Source: a virus
Lineage: Duplodnaviria > Caudoviricetes
DNA: 64,000 nucleotides
Reading direction: 5' to 3' (one strand)
Virus record (IMG/VR): IMGVR_UViG_3300049182_000044
Span: 96,001-160,000 of that record
The position numbers and the translations under genes are program-made. Position 1 is the stretch's first letter; the number at the start of each line of letters is the position of its first letter. Positions 47,243 to 56,783 of this stretch are shown here, in pieces. The notes under the pieces are model-generated. The model saw only the letters and a program-made list of their open reading frames with translations, made no database searches and was not told the DNA's origin.

Positions 47243-48037
47243 TTAAAAAGTTATTTTTCGATACATGCCAAGCGTGACTGTCGCACGAATGGTTTCGGTC
47301 GAGCTTGCGTTATGAATACTCAATCGCACAATCCATCCTTTTGGGATGAAATTCGGTTCAGTGGTCTCAATGTTCTCTCGTTGTCGGCCCATCCCGAACA
47401 TAGCCATCTTGTTGATGAAGCGATGCACCAGGGTCTCTTGTGGCAAAATGAAATACTTACCTGTATTCGTAGCATTTGGCACCCAAGCGCCATCCACATA
47501 ATCGAAATTACCGTTTGCATTCTTTGCTGGGAAGGGCATGTTTGCAGGAACGAATAAATCGACGCGCAGCCACGACCCCATTTCAGCGTCGTAATATATC
47601 ATCGACCCATCTTTTAGATAGGTGTCGTCGATGAAGCGCACTTCAAGAGTCTGGTCCGAACTAGGAAGGACAGTGTACTGCAAGCACTGACCGTCGCCTC
47701 GAGTCTGCAAATCCCAATCGTCACCACAGGTGGTGAAGTACCTGTAGTGATCCTGAGGGCGATCGGATGTAGTGACGATACGCTTTCCGTCTCTCGTCAA
47801 CTGGTCGGGCGAGAAGCCCTTAACCAAATCGACTGCTCTTTGACCCGTGTAATCTTTAGTACCGTCATTGACTTTCAGATTTCCATCTACGATGGCGTTG
47901 ATTACATCCAGCGAGTTTTTCAGCGCCATTTCACCGAACATCAAACCATCGACGGTTTCACCCGCCTCTATGGTCAGCCCGTTAAAGTCCGTCAAGACTA
48001 ACTGTGCTTGACTTATGTTGGTTAAGTTGCGAATCAC
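47243..48037 (-). CDS. hypothetical protein, paralog of the adjacent gene
   Basis: GTG with GGAGG; colinear with 46371 down to GMYRKIT(F/V). Confidence 0.8.
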   Translation of the reverse strand: MIRNLTNISQAQLVLTDFNGLTIEAGETVDGLMFGEMALKNSLDVINAIVDGNLKVNDGTKDYTGQRAVDLVKGFSPDQLTRDGKRIVTTSDRPQDHYRYFTTCGDDWDLQTRGDGQCLQYTVLPSSDQTLEVRFIDDTYLKDGSMIYYDAEMGSWLRVDLFVPANMPFPAKNANGNFDYVDGAWVPNATNTGKYFILPQETLVHRFINKMAMFGMGRQRENIETTEPNFIPKGWIVRLSIHNASSTETIRATVTLGMYRKITF

Positions 48038-48038
48038 T

Positions 48039-50027
48039 TTAATTCCTCCAAGAGATTTCTAGGACTATTAGCGGATTTGCCACGTTAGATGACGCAGCTA
48101 GATACACTGAAAGAGCGTGGTGCATATCAAGAGGCACGCTAAGGTTTGGAATCTCCAAATGATTTAATCCTGCGTTTAACGTCAGAGTAAGGATCGTGCC
48201 TCCTACGTCTGTACGGAGCTGAAATTCAGCTGGATCGTTCAGTGCCTTTGAGGACTGGATCACCGCCCCACGAATCAAAGCATTGCGTGGCATGATAAAG
48301 CCAGTAGTGTTAGACGGAACGACACCAGCAGTATTTAAATACGCGTTACGTGTACCGTTGGTGCTCAATGCAAACACATACGTCCCGGACACGATCGAGG
48401 TCAACACGTTACCAACAGGCTCGTAGTACGCAGGCATACTGTTAGCCAACGTCAGTAATTGCCCAGGCAACATCTTACCGTCTGCTCCTAATGTTGCTAC
48501 ACCTCCATTCGCACCAAGGGTAGTTACCTGTACGAAATCCTCAGCACTCTTCCCATCTAGTTGGTCGGCATTGAAGCCTGAGACCTTTTGACCTTGTGCA
48601 TTCGGACCAAGTATGAGAGGCGCACCCGGTGAACTTGGGTTTAGGGTATGAACAGCGGTGATGCTCCGACTCTCGCTAACGTGCATGTACTGGGGATGTG
48701 CGTCATCGAGCAGGCCAGACAGTGTTCCATGGTCTGCAGTGGCAATAGCGGCGATGCTCACATGAGACACGCTGCGCAAGTCGGTCACATCGACTAGTCT
48801 GGCCTTTGCTAAGTTGGTGTAGGTCGAACTGGTCTCGAAGATAAGACGATACAGTGTTCGGAATTCCAAGAACGGCATGACACCGAAGTCCAAACTGCTG
48901 AAAGAGCAATTCGAGCGCGCTTCGTCAAGTGTATTGTCTTCCCGTTGTCCGGACATGAGAAGAATCGGACTGCGGAGATCGTTTGTAGCGATCACCCAGT
49001 ACGCGATGAACTTCCCATCAGCAGAAGCGTCGGTCATGCCCCAGTAGTTGCCACCGCCGTCCTTGCTGTTATACTTCAAGCGTGTTCCAACTACCAAGGG
49101 CTCCGCACTAGCTGGCATATCCTCCCACTCACTAAGCCCATATCTATGCAAGCAGCGCAGGCTGGCTACTGGGGAAAGGACTTGTTCAAATGGATTGACC
49201 GGACTAGCGGCATGAACTATGCTGTGATACAGGTCTTCATCCGCAATTCGACCATTCGAGATACTGAATCGGTAATCCGAATTGCTGTTGCCTGTTCCAG
49301 TCAACGTGAAATTACCTAGTGCCAGTCCATTGACATACTTACACCCTTGAGTGGTGTGCAGGTAGCTATGAGTGGCGGAATCCATCGAACATCCATGGCG
49401 TTCTTCACCAACGATGACCGCGCGCTGCAGTGTAGTGTTCCAAGTGATTTCACAGATCGGCACCTGCTTCGTTATGTTCCAAGCAGATTGGGTAGCGGTC
49501 AGTATTCCGGATTCATTGAAGTACACAAACCACTGGCCTGAAACGTCACCGATCTGAATTGACTCTGGAACAGTTCGCGTGTACTTCGTCCCTTTGAGGT
49601 AGAACGAATATTCAGTTGGGTTAGGAGCTATGGTTGCCGTTCGGGTTGCGTTATCAAACGAGATAGTACATTTCGTTCGGTCTACGAAACCCGTAGGTTC
49701 ATTCACATCGAGATTTATCTGAACAAGACGGCTAAGTTCCGCTTGATCTTCAGGGTTCAACTGAGCGATAGTTAGAATCCATCGCCCAGGAGACTCTGAC
49801 AAAAGCTCTGTAGGCTTTAGGTAGTCTTGCCCATCATGTGCTTGCGTCGATTGAGCGTCGAAGCGATAAAGTGCTCCAACATCTTCAACTAGGCGCATTT
49901 GCTTATCAATGACCTGATCTAAAGCTATAGCGATAAGATCGTTAAGTGTTTGAACGGGCATCCCAAAAGACGAGCTGTTTGCAGGTTCGAACCCTAGTGC
50001 ATCTAAAACCATCTTACTGGGTCGCAT
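48039..50027 (-). CDS. fibre/virion protein with DKQM module
   Basis: PVQTL.DL...DKQMRLVED.GA.YRFDAQS shared with 51744 and 53825; DDAHPQY shared with 50044. Confidence 0.8.
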   Translation of the reverse strand: MRPSKMVLDALGFEPANSSSFGMPVQTLNDLIAIALDQVIDKQMRLVEDVGALYRFDAQSTQAHDGQDYLKPTELLSESPGRWILTIAQLNPEDQAELSRLVQINLDVNEPTGFVDRTKCTISFDNATRTATIAPNPTEYSFYLKGTKYTRTVPESIQIGDVSGQWFVYFNESGILTATQSAWNITKQVPICEITWNTTLQRAVIVGEERHGCSMDSATHSYLHTTQGCKYVNGLALGNFTLTGTGNSNSDYRFSISNGRIADEDLYHSIVHAASPVNPFEQVLSPVASLRCLHRYGLSEWEDMPASAEPLVVGTRLKYNSKDGGGNYWGMTDASADGKFIAYWVIATNDLRSPILLMSGQREDNTLDEARSNCSFSSLDFGVMPFLEFRTLYRLIFETSSTYTNLAKARLVDVTDLRSVSHVSIAAIATADHGTLSGLLDDAHPQYMHVSESRSITAVHTLNPSSPGAPLILGPNAQGQKVSGFNADQLDGKSAEDFVQVTTLGANGGVATLGADGKMLPGQLLTLANSMPAYYEPVGNVLTSIVSGTYVFALSTNGTRNAYLNTAGVVPSNTTGFIMPRNALIRGAVIQSSKALNDPAEFQLRTDVGGTILTLTLNAGLNHLEIPNLSVPLDMHHALSVYLAASSNVANPLIVLEISWRN

Positions 50028-50043
50028 TTGCTGCTCCTACATA

Positions 50044-51669
50044 TCAATAGTACTGAGTGATCGACCAGCCAGAAGGATTGACTCCACCGAAGGTATTTGT
50101 TTGACCGCGGCCGAGGTACCACGTACCAGCCGTAGTGCCGACACGAATCGAGTACGTTACGGGACTTGTTGTATTAGGCTCGTCGATTATCTTCAACGAA
50201 AATGGCTGAAGCTGTCCAGCAGTCTTAAGAAAGACTGAACTCATGCCGATGAATGTCGTACCTCGGAACACAGCGATGTTGACTGTAGAGCCGTTTGACG
50301 AGCAATCGACGATTCCTGCGAACTCGATATCCAGCTTCGATGTGAGCGCCGAAGGTGTTAATGTCTGAGACACGACCTGCGTGCCCATGATCGTAGTCGG
50401 AGCAGTGGTGGAGACGTTCATCGTCGTGTTTCCACTCTGCTGAGCTACGCTACCTGCATATACTGCGGTCACAGCAGTCTGAGCTGTCGCAGGCAAATAC
50501 GTAGGGTCGATCTTGCCCGTAGCGTCGAGACCCGCGTAGCCATTTACTTGATTCTTGTTCGCAGCATTTTCAGGCGTGAAGCCAAGGGCCGCAGTCAAAG
50601 CGGTAGCTGACAGGTATAGAGCATCGATCTTTGCTGTTGCATCAAGACCAACGTAGCCATTAGCTGCGTTCTTGTTTGCAGCATTCTCAGGTGTGAACCC
50701 AAGAGCTGGCTGGGCAGTGAATCCAAGGGCAGGTTCTGGAGTGAAGCCGAGAGCAGTGGTCACGTTGGCACTGGTTATCTCACTGCGAATCGTGGCACTT
50801 GATTTGTTTTCCACGTTACCCAGGCCTACGTCTACGTTCGTCAGAGTGACCGCGCCTTGCCTGCCTGCAACTGAGACGACTGCATCGGTGAACGAGATAG
50901 TACCTGTCGAGCTGTTGTACGAGAGCGAGCCAGTCGCACTGATAGCTGCACGAGCACGAGCATTCGTGAAATACAGATTGGTGTTCTCAGCGATATTGGA
51001 CGTATCCAACGTCACAATACCTTGTTGTCCGTTGACCGAGGTAACCGCCGCGGTTGGGGAGATTAGCTCTTGCCAGTTAGCGAGGACTGTTGGGTCGTTC
51101 GCCTTCAAGATGTAGGACTTCGATTCATCTGTACGAATCGCAACTGAGCCGATGGTCGCACTGGAGAGCGCCAACATTTCAGTTTGAGACGCAACCACAT
51201 AGGTATCCGTTATCGCAATCGAAGGCACTTGGTCAGGATTGAGCTTACCATTTGCATCGAGCGTAGCGACGTTTGTGCCCAGTGTACTGGCGAGAACGAA
51301 GTCCGAGGAATTGTAGCCGTCAAGCAGATCGGAATTGAATCCAGTAACCTTCTGACCCACAGCGTTGGCGCCGAGGATGAAGGGCGCATTAAGCGCAGAC
51401 GGGTTGAAAGTGTGTTGAGCGGATACAGTACGAGAAATGTCCAGATGCACGTACTGCGTATGGTCATCGTTAGTCAGACCTTGCAGACCAGAGTGCGTAC
51501 TGATAGCAGTAAGCTCTGCGTGTTTGGCCACACGATGTACCGAATTGCCTGTACCGAAATAGAGAAGTTCATCAGCGGTATTTATCGCCAATTCACCAGC
51601 CACTACTTGAGCAGCGGTAGGAACCTTGCTCGGTACGTTGCTGCGTTTGAGTAACAACTTGTTCGACAT
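50044..51669 (-). CDS. fibre protein
   Basis: LKRS...GELAINTAD N-module; SVNGQQG.VTL; ALGFTPENAANKN repeats. Confidence 0.85.
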   Translation of the reverse strand: MSNKLLLKRSNVPSKVPTAAQVVAGELAINTADELLYFGTGNSVHRVAKHAELTAISTHSGLQGLTNDDHTQYVHLDISRTVSAQHTFNPSALNAPFILGANAVGQKVTGFNSDLLDGYNSSDFVLASTLGTNVATLDANGKLNPDQVPSIAITDTYVVASQTEMLALSSATIGSVAIRTDESKSYILKANDPTVLANWQELISPTAAVTSVNGQQGIVTLDTSNIAENTNLYFTNARARAAISATGSLSYNSSTGTISFTDAVVSVAGRQGAVTLTNVDVGLGNVENKSSATIRSEITSANVTTALGFTPEPALGFTAQPALGFTPENAANKNAANGYVGLDATAKIDALYLSATALTAALGFTPENAANKNQVNGYAGLDATGKIDPTYLPATAQTAVTAVYAGSVAQQSGNTTMNVSTTAPTTIMGTQVVSQTLTPSALTSKLDIEFAGIVDCSSNGSTVNIAVFRGTTFIGMSSVFLKTAGQLQPFSLKIIDEPNTTSPVTYSIRVGTTAGTWYLGRGQTNTFGGVNPSGWSITQYY

Positions 51670-51701
51670 ATCTATGTCCTTGTCTCATGTCAAATGTGAG
51701 G

Positions 51702-51730
51702 AAAGCGCTAGGACTATGAAGCCCTAGCGC
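51702..51730 (-). terminator. possible terminator
   Basis: GCGCTAGG/CCTAGCGC stem, followed by TTTCC on the minus strand. Confidence 0.4.
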
Positions 51731-51743
51731 AATTCAGTTCTTA

Positions 51744-52931
51744 TTAGAACGAGCCGCCGTCGATGACTGCGTTATCGACGTATGCCTTAGTTGCAGCGTG
51801 CAGATCAGCTGTAGGAGCGCCCGACAGGGTGAGTGCACCCGTCATCGTATCACCAGCGATGTTGACCGGGGTGTAACCCAGATCAGCTTGCTTGCCGTTC
51901 AACTGAGTCTGAATCGACGAAGTAACGCCGCTCAGGTAGTTGACTTCAGCCGACGTTGCGGTGATTGCGTCCAGCCAGGTGTTCTGGCCAGCTGTCAGGT
52001 GCAGCGCGGTGTCAGTCAGGTGCGTGTCGTAGCTGTTCTTCTCAGCGGTGGTCAAGTGGAGGTGATCGCCTTCAGCGCCGCCTTGCAGACCGTACAGCAC
52101 TTCGTGGTTCTGCGTTGCAGCAGATACCTTCAACCAACGACCAGTGATCGGAGCATCGTCAGGAGCGATAACACCAGCACCGTCAGCAGCAGCGGAGGAT
52201 TGAGCATCGAAGCGATAGATCGCACCGGTGTCTTCAACCAGACGCATTTGCTTGTCTTCGCGGCTTGCAGGAGCAACTGCAGACAGGTCGAGGAGGGTTT
52301 GTACCGGAGCTGCGTACTTACCGCTGATGTTGTTCACCGACAGGTCCACGTACTGCTTGGTAGCCGCGCCCAGGTTTTGTTCCGGATCAGCAGACAGAAC
52401 CAGCAAGCCAGTCATCGTATCGCCAGCCTTGTTGATCTTCAGTGCCAGACCGTCGTCAACGTACTTCTTGTTAGAAGCTTCGTTGTCGGCAGAAGGAGCA
52501 CCCGGGAGAACCAGTGCGCCGGACATGGTGTCACCAGCTTTGTTGACCGGGGCGTAACCCAGATCAGCTTGCTTACCGTTGAACGTTGCCCAGTCAGTTG
52601 CAGACAGAACACCGGTGTCGGTCGACGAAGCGGTCTTGAGACTGATAGTGCCATCAACAGCTACGTCGATGTTCGTACCGATCTTGACGTTACCGAGAAC
52701 GGAAGCACTAGCGGCTGCTTCGAGTTCCGCGAGCTTGGTGTCACTGAGGAAGCGGTGGCCAGCATCGGTCTTGATGTTTGCAGCATGGTTCAGGTGAAGA
52801 ACTTCGGCACCAGTCGAAATGAATAGGTCCTTGTCCGCTACGTTGACTGCCAATTCGCCAGTCAGCATCGACTCCAGGGTAGGGATATTACCCGGGGTAG
52901 AGCTGCGGCGCAGTTGAATCCTGTTGGTCAT
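51744..52931 (-). CDS. fibre protein
   Basis: IQLRRSS N-module; three KAGDTM.G.L.L...A..K.YVD units; ends VIDGGSF. Confidence 0.85.
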   Translation of the reverse strand: MTNRIQLRRSSTPGNIPTLESMLTGELAVNVADKDLFISTGAEVLHLNHAANIKTDAGHRFLSDTKLAELEAAASASVLGNVKIGTNIDVAVDGTISLKTASSTDTGVLSATDWATFNGKQADLGYAPVNKAGDTMSGALVLPGAPSADNEASNKKYVDDGLALKINKAGDTMTGLLVLSADPEQNLGAATKQYVDLSVNNISGKYAAPVQTLLDLSAVAPASREDKQMRLVEDTGAIYRFDAQSSAAADGAGVIAPDDAPITGRWLKVSAATQNHEVLYGLQGGAEGDHLHLTTAEKNSYDTHLTDTALHLTAGQNTWLDAITATSAEVNYLSGVTSSIQTQLNGKQADLGYTPVNIAGDTMTGALTLSGAPTADLHAATKAYVDNAVIDGGSF

Positions 52932-52948
52932 AATATTGATTCCTTATG

Positions 52949-53757
52949 TTAAGTGTATCGAGTTAAAGCAGCATTCCGATTACGCTCGGAACGTTTCCTT
53001 CTTTCATCCGAACTGAGATTCGCATGATAAGATTGCGTTGATCGCTGAATTTCAGCAACCTTCTTACGACGTTGCGCTTCAGACAACGATTGCCAATGCT
53101 TACGTCGCCCTTCGCTAATCTTCCTACGCCGTTCCGCACGCTGTTCGTCAGTTAATGACGCCCAGTATGAAGATGTTTTACTCGCGATTGCTTTCGCACG
53201 CTTACGCTCAACTTTTTCATCACGTTGAGCATGTGCAGCTCTCAGCTTCTTACTGAACAGTTTCTTTTCACGCTCGGACTTTGAGTTAAACGTCTTAGAT
53301 CGTTTTTCGGCTATTTCCTTTCTGCGGTCTTCGTTCATGTTCCAGTAATTGGCTGATTGTTGTTCAAGCTCTTCCTTAGACCTAATTCGGTTAGAAGGGC
53401 CGCCTAGCCCTCCGTCATTCAAATTAGTTAGGAAGCCTGTTTTCAAATCAAGTCGACCAATCTTCAAGACCAACTCACGCTCTAGTCGAAAAGCTTCTAG
53501 ATTCGTCAAGCCGGTCTTCTTAATGCTTACAATAGGCTCAAATTTTGCACGCCGTATTGATTTAATGGCTTTCTCTTTCTTTGGATTGTAATTACGCGCA
53601 TTTGCCTTCAAGTGGTCCCATGCTCTGCCTGCGGTTCCCTTTCCCACGTAGAAAGGACGATACTTAAATACGTAGCGCCCCCATATCGGAAATGTCCTGG
53701 AAATCTAGGATCGAGCAAGGCGTAGACATACGATTCTTGCTTTTCGCGTCCAGCCAT
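52949..53757 (-). pseudogene. free-standing GIY-YIG homing endonuclease split by a frameshift at a G5 run
   Basis: Frame A from ATG 53757 reads YVYALLDPRFPGHFRYG; frame B reads GRYVFKYRPFYVGKG...ERELV...LTNLNDGG plus NUMOD-like RRRKISE; shift at 53678-53682. Confidence 0.8.
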
Positions 53758-53824
53758 TTAAGACTCCTTTTACTTGATTAAACGCGCGTTTATTTAGCCA
53801 TGAGCTAAATCCTTTCTGTGGCGA

Positions 53825-54382
53825 TTAAAACTCGCCACCATCCAAATTACCAGGAGTGGTTGGGAACCAACGTCCGATTCCACCCGCCGGCGTTACCACG
53901 GTCTGCCCATTGTCATCATCTCCGATGCCTTGGAGATCATAGGCGTATACTCTGTTGAGTTCTTCCACGTAGATCATTTGCTTGTCCTTCACATTAGTCA
54001 TGTTCAGGTTGCGCAAGTCATTCACGGTGGCAATCGGCTGGGCGATGATCGCCTGCGACATGGAGACAGCTTGAGTCATCTTGCTATCAACATACTCTAC
54101 AGTGGCGAATACCTTCCCAGCTTCAAGTGGATCCTTTTCGTCTTCCGTATCGACCCAGGTTCCTGTAGCTACATTGTACTCGTAGAGCTCCCGATTCGTG
54201 GGATTGACCCAGATGAGCCCTTCGTATGGGCGTGCAGGAGAGGTGAACGAAACACAGACGTACTTCTTAGTCGCCACGCCTGCATCATCTGTCCACATCT
54301 CGATGTTGATGGGGTTTGTAGGCGTAAGACCTTTGGCATACGCTTCCGCGATCAAGCCAGCTGCCAGTTTGACTGCATCCAT
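53825..54382 (-). CDS. short fibre-family protein with DKQM module
   Basis: PIATVNDL...KDKQM; ends NLDGGEF; TAATG overlap with the upstream gene. Confidence 0.8.
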   Translation of the reverse strand: MDAVKLAAGLIAEAYAKGLTPTNPINIEMWTDDAGVATKKYVCVSFTSPARPYEGLIWVNPTNRELYEYNVATGTWVDTEDEKDPLEAGKVFATVEYVDSKMTQAVSMSQAIIAQPIATVNDLRNLNMTNVKDKQMIYVEELNRVYAYDLQGIGDDDNGQTVVTPAGGIGRWFPTTPGNLDGGEF

Positions 54383-55545
54383 TATTCTTTCTCCGCTTTT
54401 GCTTTGAGTTCTTTAGCGAGCTTCACTGGGTCTTGTTTAACAAGCCAGTTCTTCATGTCCATGACCAGGTTGTTCAAGTCTTCCTTGTCTTGTTCATCAA
54501 GCTCACGCTTCGATTTCTTTGAGTGCTTGTGCAGGTTGACGCCTGACTCAGATATATCCTTGGATTCAGAAGTGTCTCGTGCCATGAACTTGTCCATGTA
54601 ATGGCTACCCAAGTCCATTGCATACGGGCCAAGCGGCGTGAACAATGCAGTCGCCACCAGCGCACCTACGAGAATGCCACCTACAACTTTCGCTGTATTC
54701 TTCAGGCCTTCCTTCTGCTCGTCGGTCATGTTCTCGCCGCTCTTGAATGCACGAAGTCCTTCCATACCGTGGCGGAACTCCAAGCCCATCTTGAATGTGT
54801 GTTCATGAATCTTGTCCATGCTGGCTGCAACAAGGTTGTTGACCAAGCCTTTGTGCTTCTTCGCCTTGCGGCTGTTCGGATGCTTCTGCAAGTATTCGGC
54901 TTGCAGCTCTGGCGTTAAGGAGTCCCACCAATCATCACCAGTCTTTGGCTTCTTAGGCTTCTTTTCCTTCTTGTCGCCGTCATCATCCTTGTCAGTGTCA
55001 TCGCCATCATTCGGGCCATCACCACCACCGGACTTCTTGTCCTCAGACTCGTCACCGTCTTCAGCAGCTTTATCACCAGCTTCGTCGGCTGCGTCACCGT
55101 CATCCTTCTTCTTGTCTTCAGTCTTTTTGTTGTCAGCGTTGAGAGGATCTTTAGGGTCGCCTGGATTGTCACGAGCATTGAACTTCTGAGCAGTCTTGTG
55201 AACTTCGTGGAAGATGCTCTTCGGATGCCACTTCAGATAAGTCTCTTTTTGATCCGGTGTCATTTTGTCCCATACTGCATCAACAATCTGATCCGCATCC
55301 TCAACCTCTTCGACCGCCTCAGGATGTGCAAGCTGTTTAAGCATCTTGTCCTGAGCTTTCTTGTCCAGCTTGTGCCACATATCACCGAGGCGCGGTGCTT
55401 TGGACAAGCTGATAAGGTTAGCTGCGATAGCTGCCTTCTTCACTTCATGACTGCCGTCACCGTGATCGAATTGCTCACCCATAATGGCTTCAGCTCGATC
55501 CCAGATGCTTTTCAACTCTGGATTGAGGGTTATTTTGTTGGACAT
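54382..55545 (-). CDS. Asp/Lys-rich protein with repeated W..(M/L)T....YL..HP.S motif and one hydrophobic segment
   Basis: VWDKMTPDQKETYLKWHPKS and WWDSLTPELQAEYLQKHPNS; VVGGILVGALVATALF. Confidence 0.75.
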   Translation of the reverse strand: MSNKITLNPELKSIWDRAEAIMGEQFDHGDGSHEVKKAAIAANLISLSKAPRLGDMWHKLDKKAQDKMLKQLAHPEAVEEVEDADQIVDAVWDKMTPDQKETYLKWHPKSIFHEVHKTAQKFNARDNPGDPKDPLNADNKKTEDKKKDDGDAADEAGDKAAEDGDESEDKKSGGGDGPNDGDDTDKDDDGDKKEKKPKKPKTGDDWWDSLTPELQAEYLQKHPNSRKAKKHKGLVNNLVAASMDKIHEHTFKMGLEFRHGMEGLRAFKSGENMTDEQKEGLKNTAKVVGGILVGALVATALFTPLGPYAMDLGSHYMDKFMARDTSESKDISESGVNLHKHSKKSKRELDEQDKEDLNNLVMDMKNWLVKQDPVKLAKELKAKAEKE

Positions 55546-55606
55546 TTCTAGCCTTCCATTCTCGATTGCTATATCCTATAAATTAACATTCTGCGCAGGA
55601 CATAAA

Positions 55607-55643
55607 GTGAAGAGGTCGAGACCCAAAACGAGGATCTCGACCT
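55607..55643 (-). terminator. possible terminator after the endolysin
   Basis: AGGTCGAGA/TCTCGACCT stem, followed by CTTCACTTT on the minus strand. Confidence 0.45.
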
Positions 55644-55654
55644 AAAAGTGCGGG

Positions 55655-56407
55655 TTATTCAGCACCATCCAAGTACGGAATATACCGAGGACGCCTGACA
55701 ATCAAGATGTTGCGAGGGTACTCTGTGCGAATATCGTGGAATGATTTGCCATAACCGGGCTGCACGATCTTTGATTTCGTACTGTACTTTTCAACGTGTC
55801 CAAACCAGCGACTCGGATCGCACCCAGGCGTTTGAATGCAGATCTTTCGATCAGTGAGAACACTACCACTGTTGTACGTAGCTGCACCGAACGCAAGATG
55901 TTCGTAATCACTGGCAACCGGGAATCGAACTGCATGATAAGACATCTTGCTCTTGATTACGCCTGCTCTTATCTGAAGCTCTGCATCGAATCGGTTTTCC
56001 CATGTCCACTTCTGCTTCAAGACCGGATCGAGCTTCGTCAAGTCTTTCCACACGTTGAAACGTTCTGTCCCATCCTTGTTGTAGGCGATGGTTGTCTGCC
56101 CCAAGCCGAAGCCGTATTCACGGGATGTCTTCAACTCCGCCCGCGATGACCAGCATTTTTTATGCTTCAAGCTGATGCAGGTTTCTTGCTCGATCTTCGC
56201 TCCCATGAAGGAACGCAAAGGCAGGTCCGGCCACAGTTGGTCTAAGGTACGACGCAAGACCGGAATGAGTGGAACAGCGTTCGGAGGGAGCTCCGGGAGT
56301 TTTAAGCCAGGCGTGTTGATCTCCGGCTTTAGGTTGGCCTCTTGTCCATTCGCGACCAGCGCCATCGCAAATAGAAGAGCGCCTAGACTTACTCTAAGCG
56401 CTTTCAT
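55655..56407 (-). CDS. lytic transglycosylase (SLT-like) endolysin with an N-terminal signal
   Basis: IEQET (catalytic Glu), ELKTSREYGFGLGQ, AATYNSG and RWFGHVE; MKALRVSLGALLFAMALVANG leader. Confidence 0.8.
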   Translation of the reverse strand: MKALRVSLGALLFAMALVANGQEANLKPEINTPGLKLPELPPNAVPLIPVLRRTLDQLWPDLPLRSFMGAKIEQETCISLKHKKCWSSRAELKTSREYGFGLGQTTIAYNKDGTERFNVWKDLTKLDPVLKQKWTWENRFDAELQIRAGVIKSKMSYHAVRFPVASDYEHLAFGAATYNSGSVLTDRKICIQTPGCDPSRWFGHVEKYSTKSKIVQPGYGKSFHDIRTEYPRNILIVRRPRYIPYLDGAE

Positions 56408-56410
56408 GAC

Positions 56411-56764
56411 CTACCCCCGAACAAAGAACTGAGCTGCAACGACAATGCAAGTACAGATCACAACGGCGACGGCACAGAACACCATTGCAGCAGCCGTGTT
56501 GCGATGATCTTTCGCTTGCTCGTACAACTCTTTCATGTCGATGTAGTTGAACAGACAGTACTTGCGGGTGACGTGCGCGATCAAGGCAATTGCCAGGAAC
56601 ACACCCATCACATACATCATTGTCTGCAACGCACCGTAGTCAGGGCTGAACAACAGCGCGATCATGCCGACCATGAACGACAGACGAAACACCTCGTTCA
56701 GCGTGTAGAAGCGGCCGAGCAGAGCGGTGATTGGTGCGAACAGACGGTTGATAAACTTAATCAT
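56411..56764 (-). CDS. probable holin (three TM)
   Basis: Three hydrophobic helices; 3 nt upstream of the endolysin; RKYCLFNY resembles 2/3-TM holins. Confidence 0.65.
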   Translation of the reverse strand: MIKFINRLFAPITALLGRFYTLNEVFRLSFMVGMIALLFSPDYGALQTMMYVMGVFLAIALIAHVTRKYCLFNYIDMKELYEQAKDHRNTAAAMVFCAVAVVICTCIVVAAQFFVRG

Positions 56765-56783
56765 TTTGGAACTCCTTTTTCAG

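Noticed and set aside
49981-50000. GGTTCGAACCC resembling a tRNA T-loop
   Set aside because: Only three stem pairs, no acceptor or D arm, and it lies in coding sequence (GFEPA on the minus strand).
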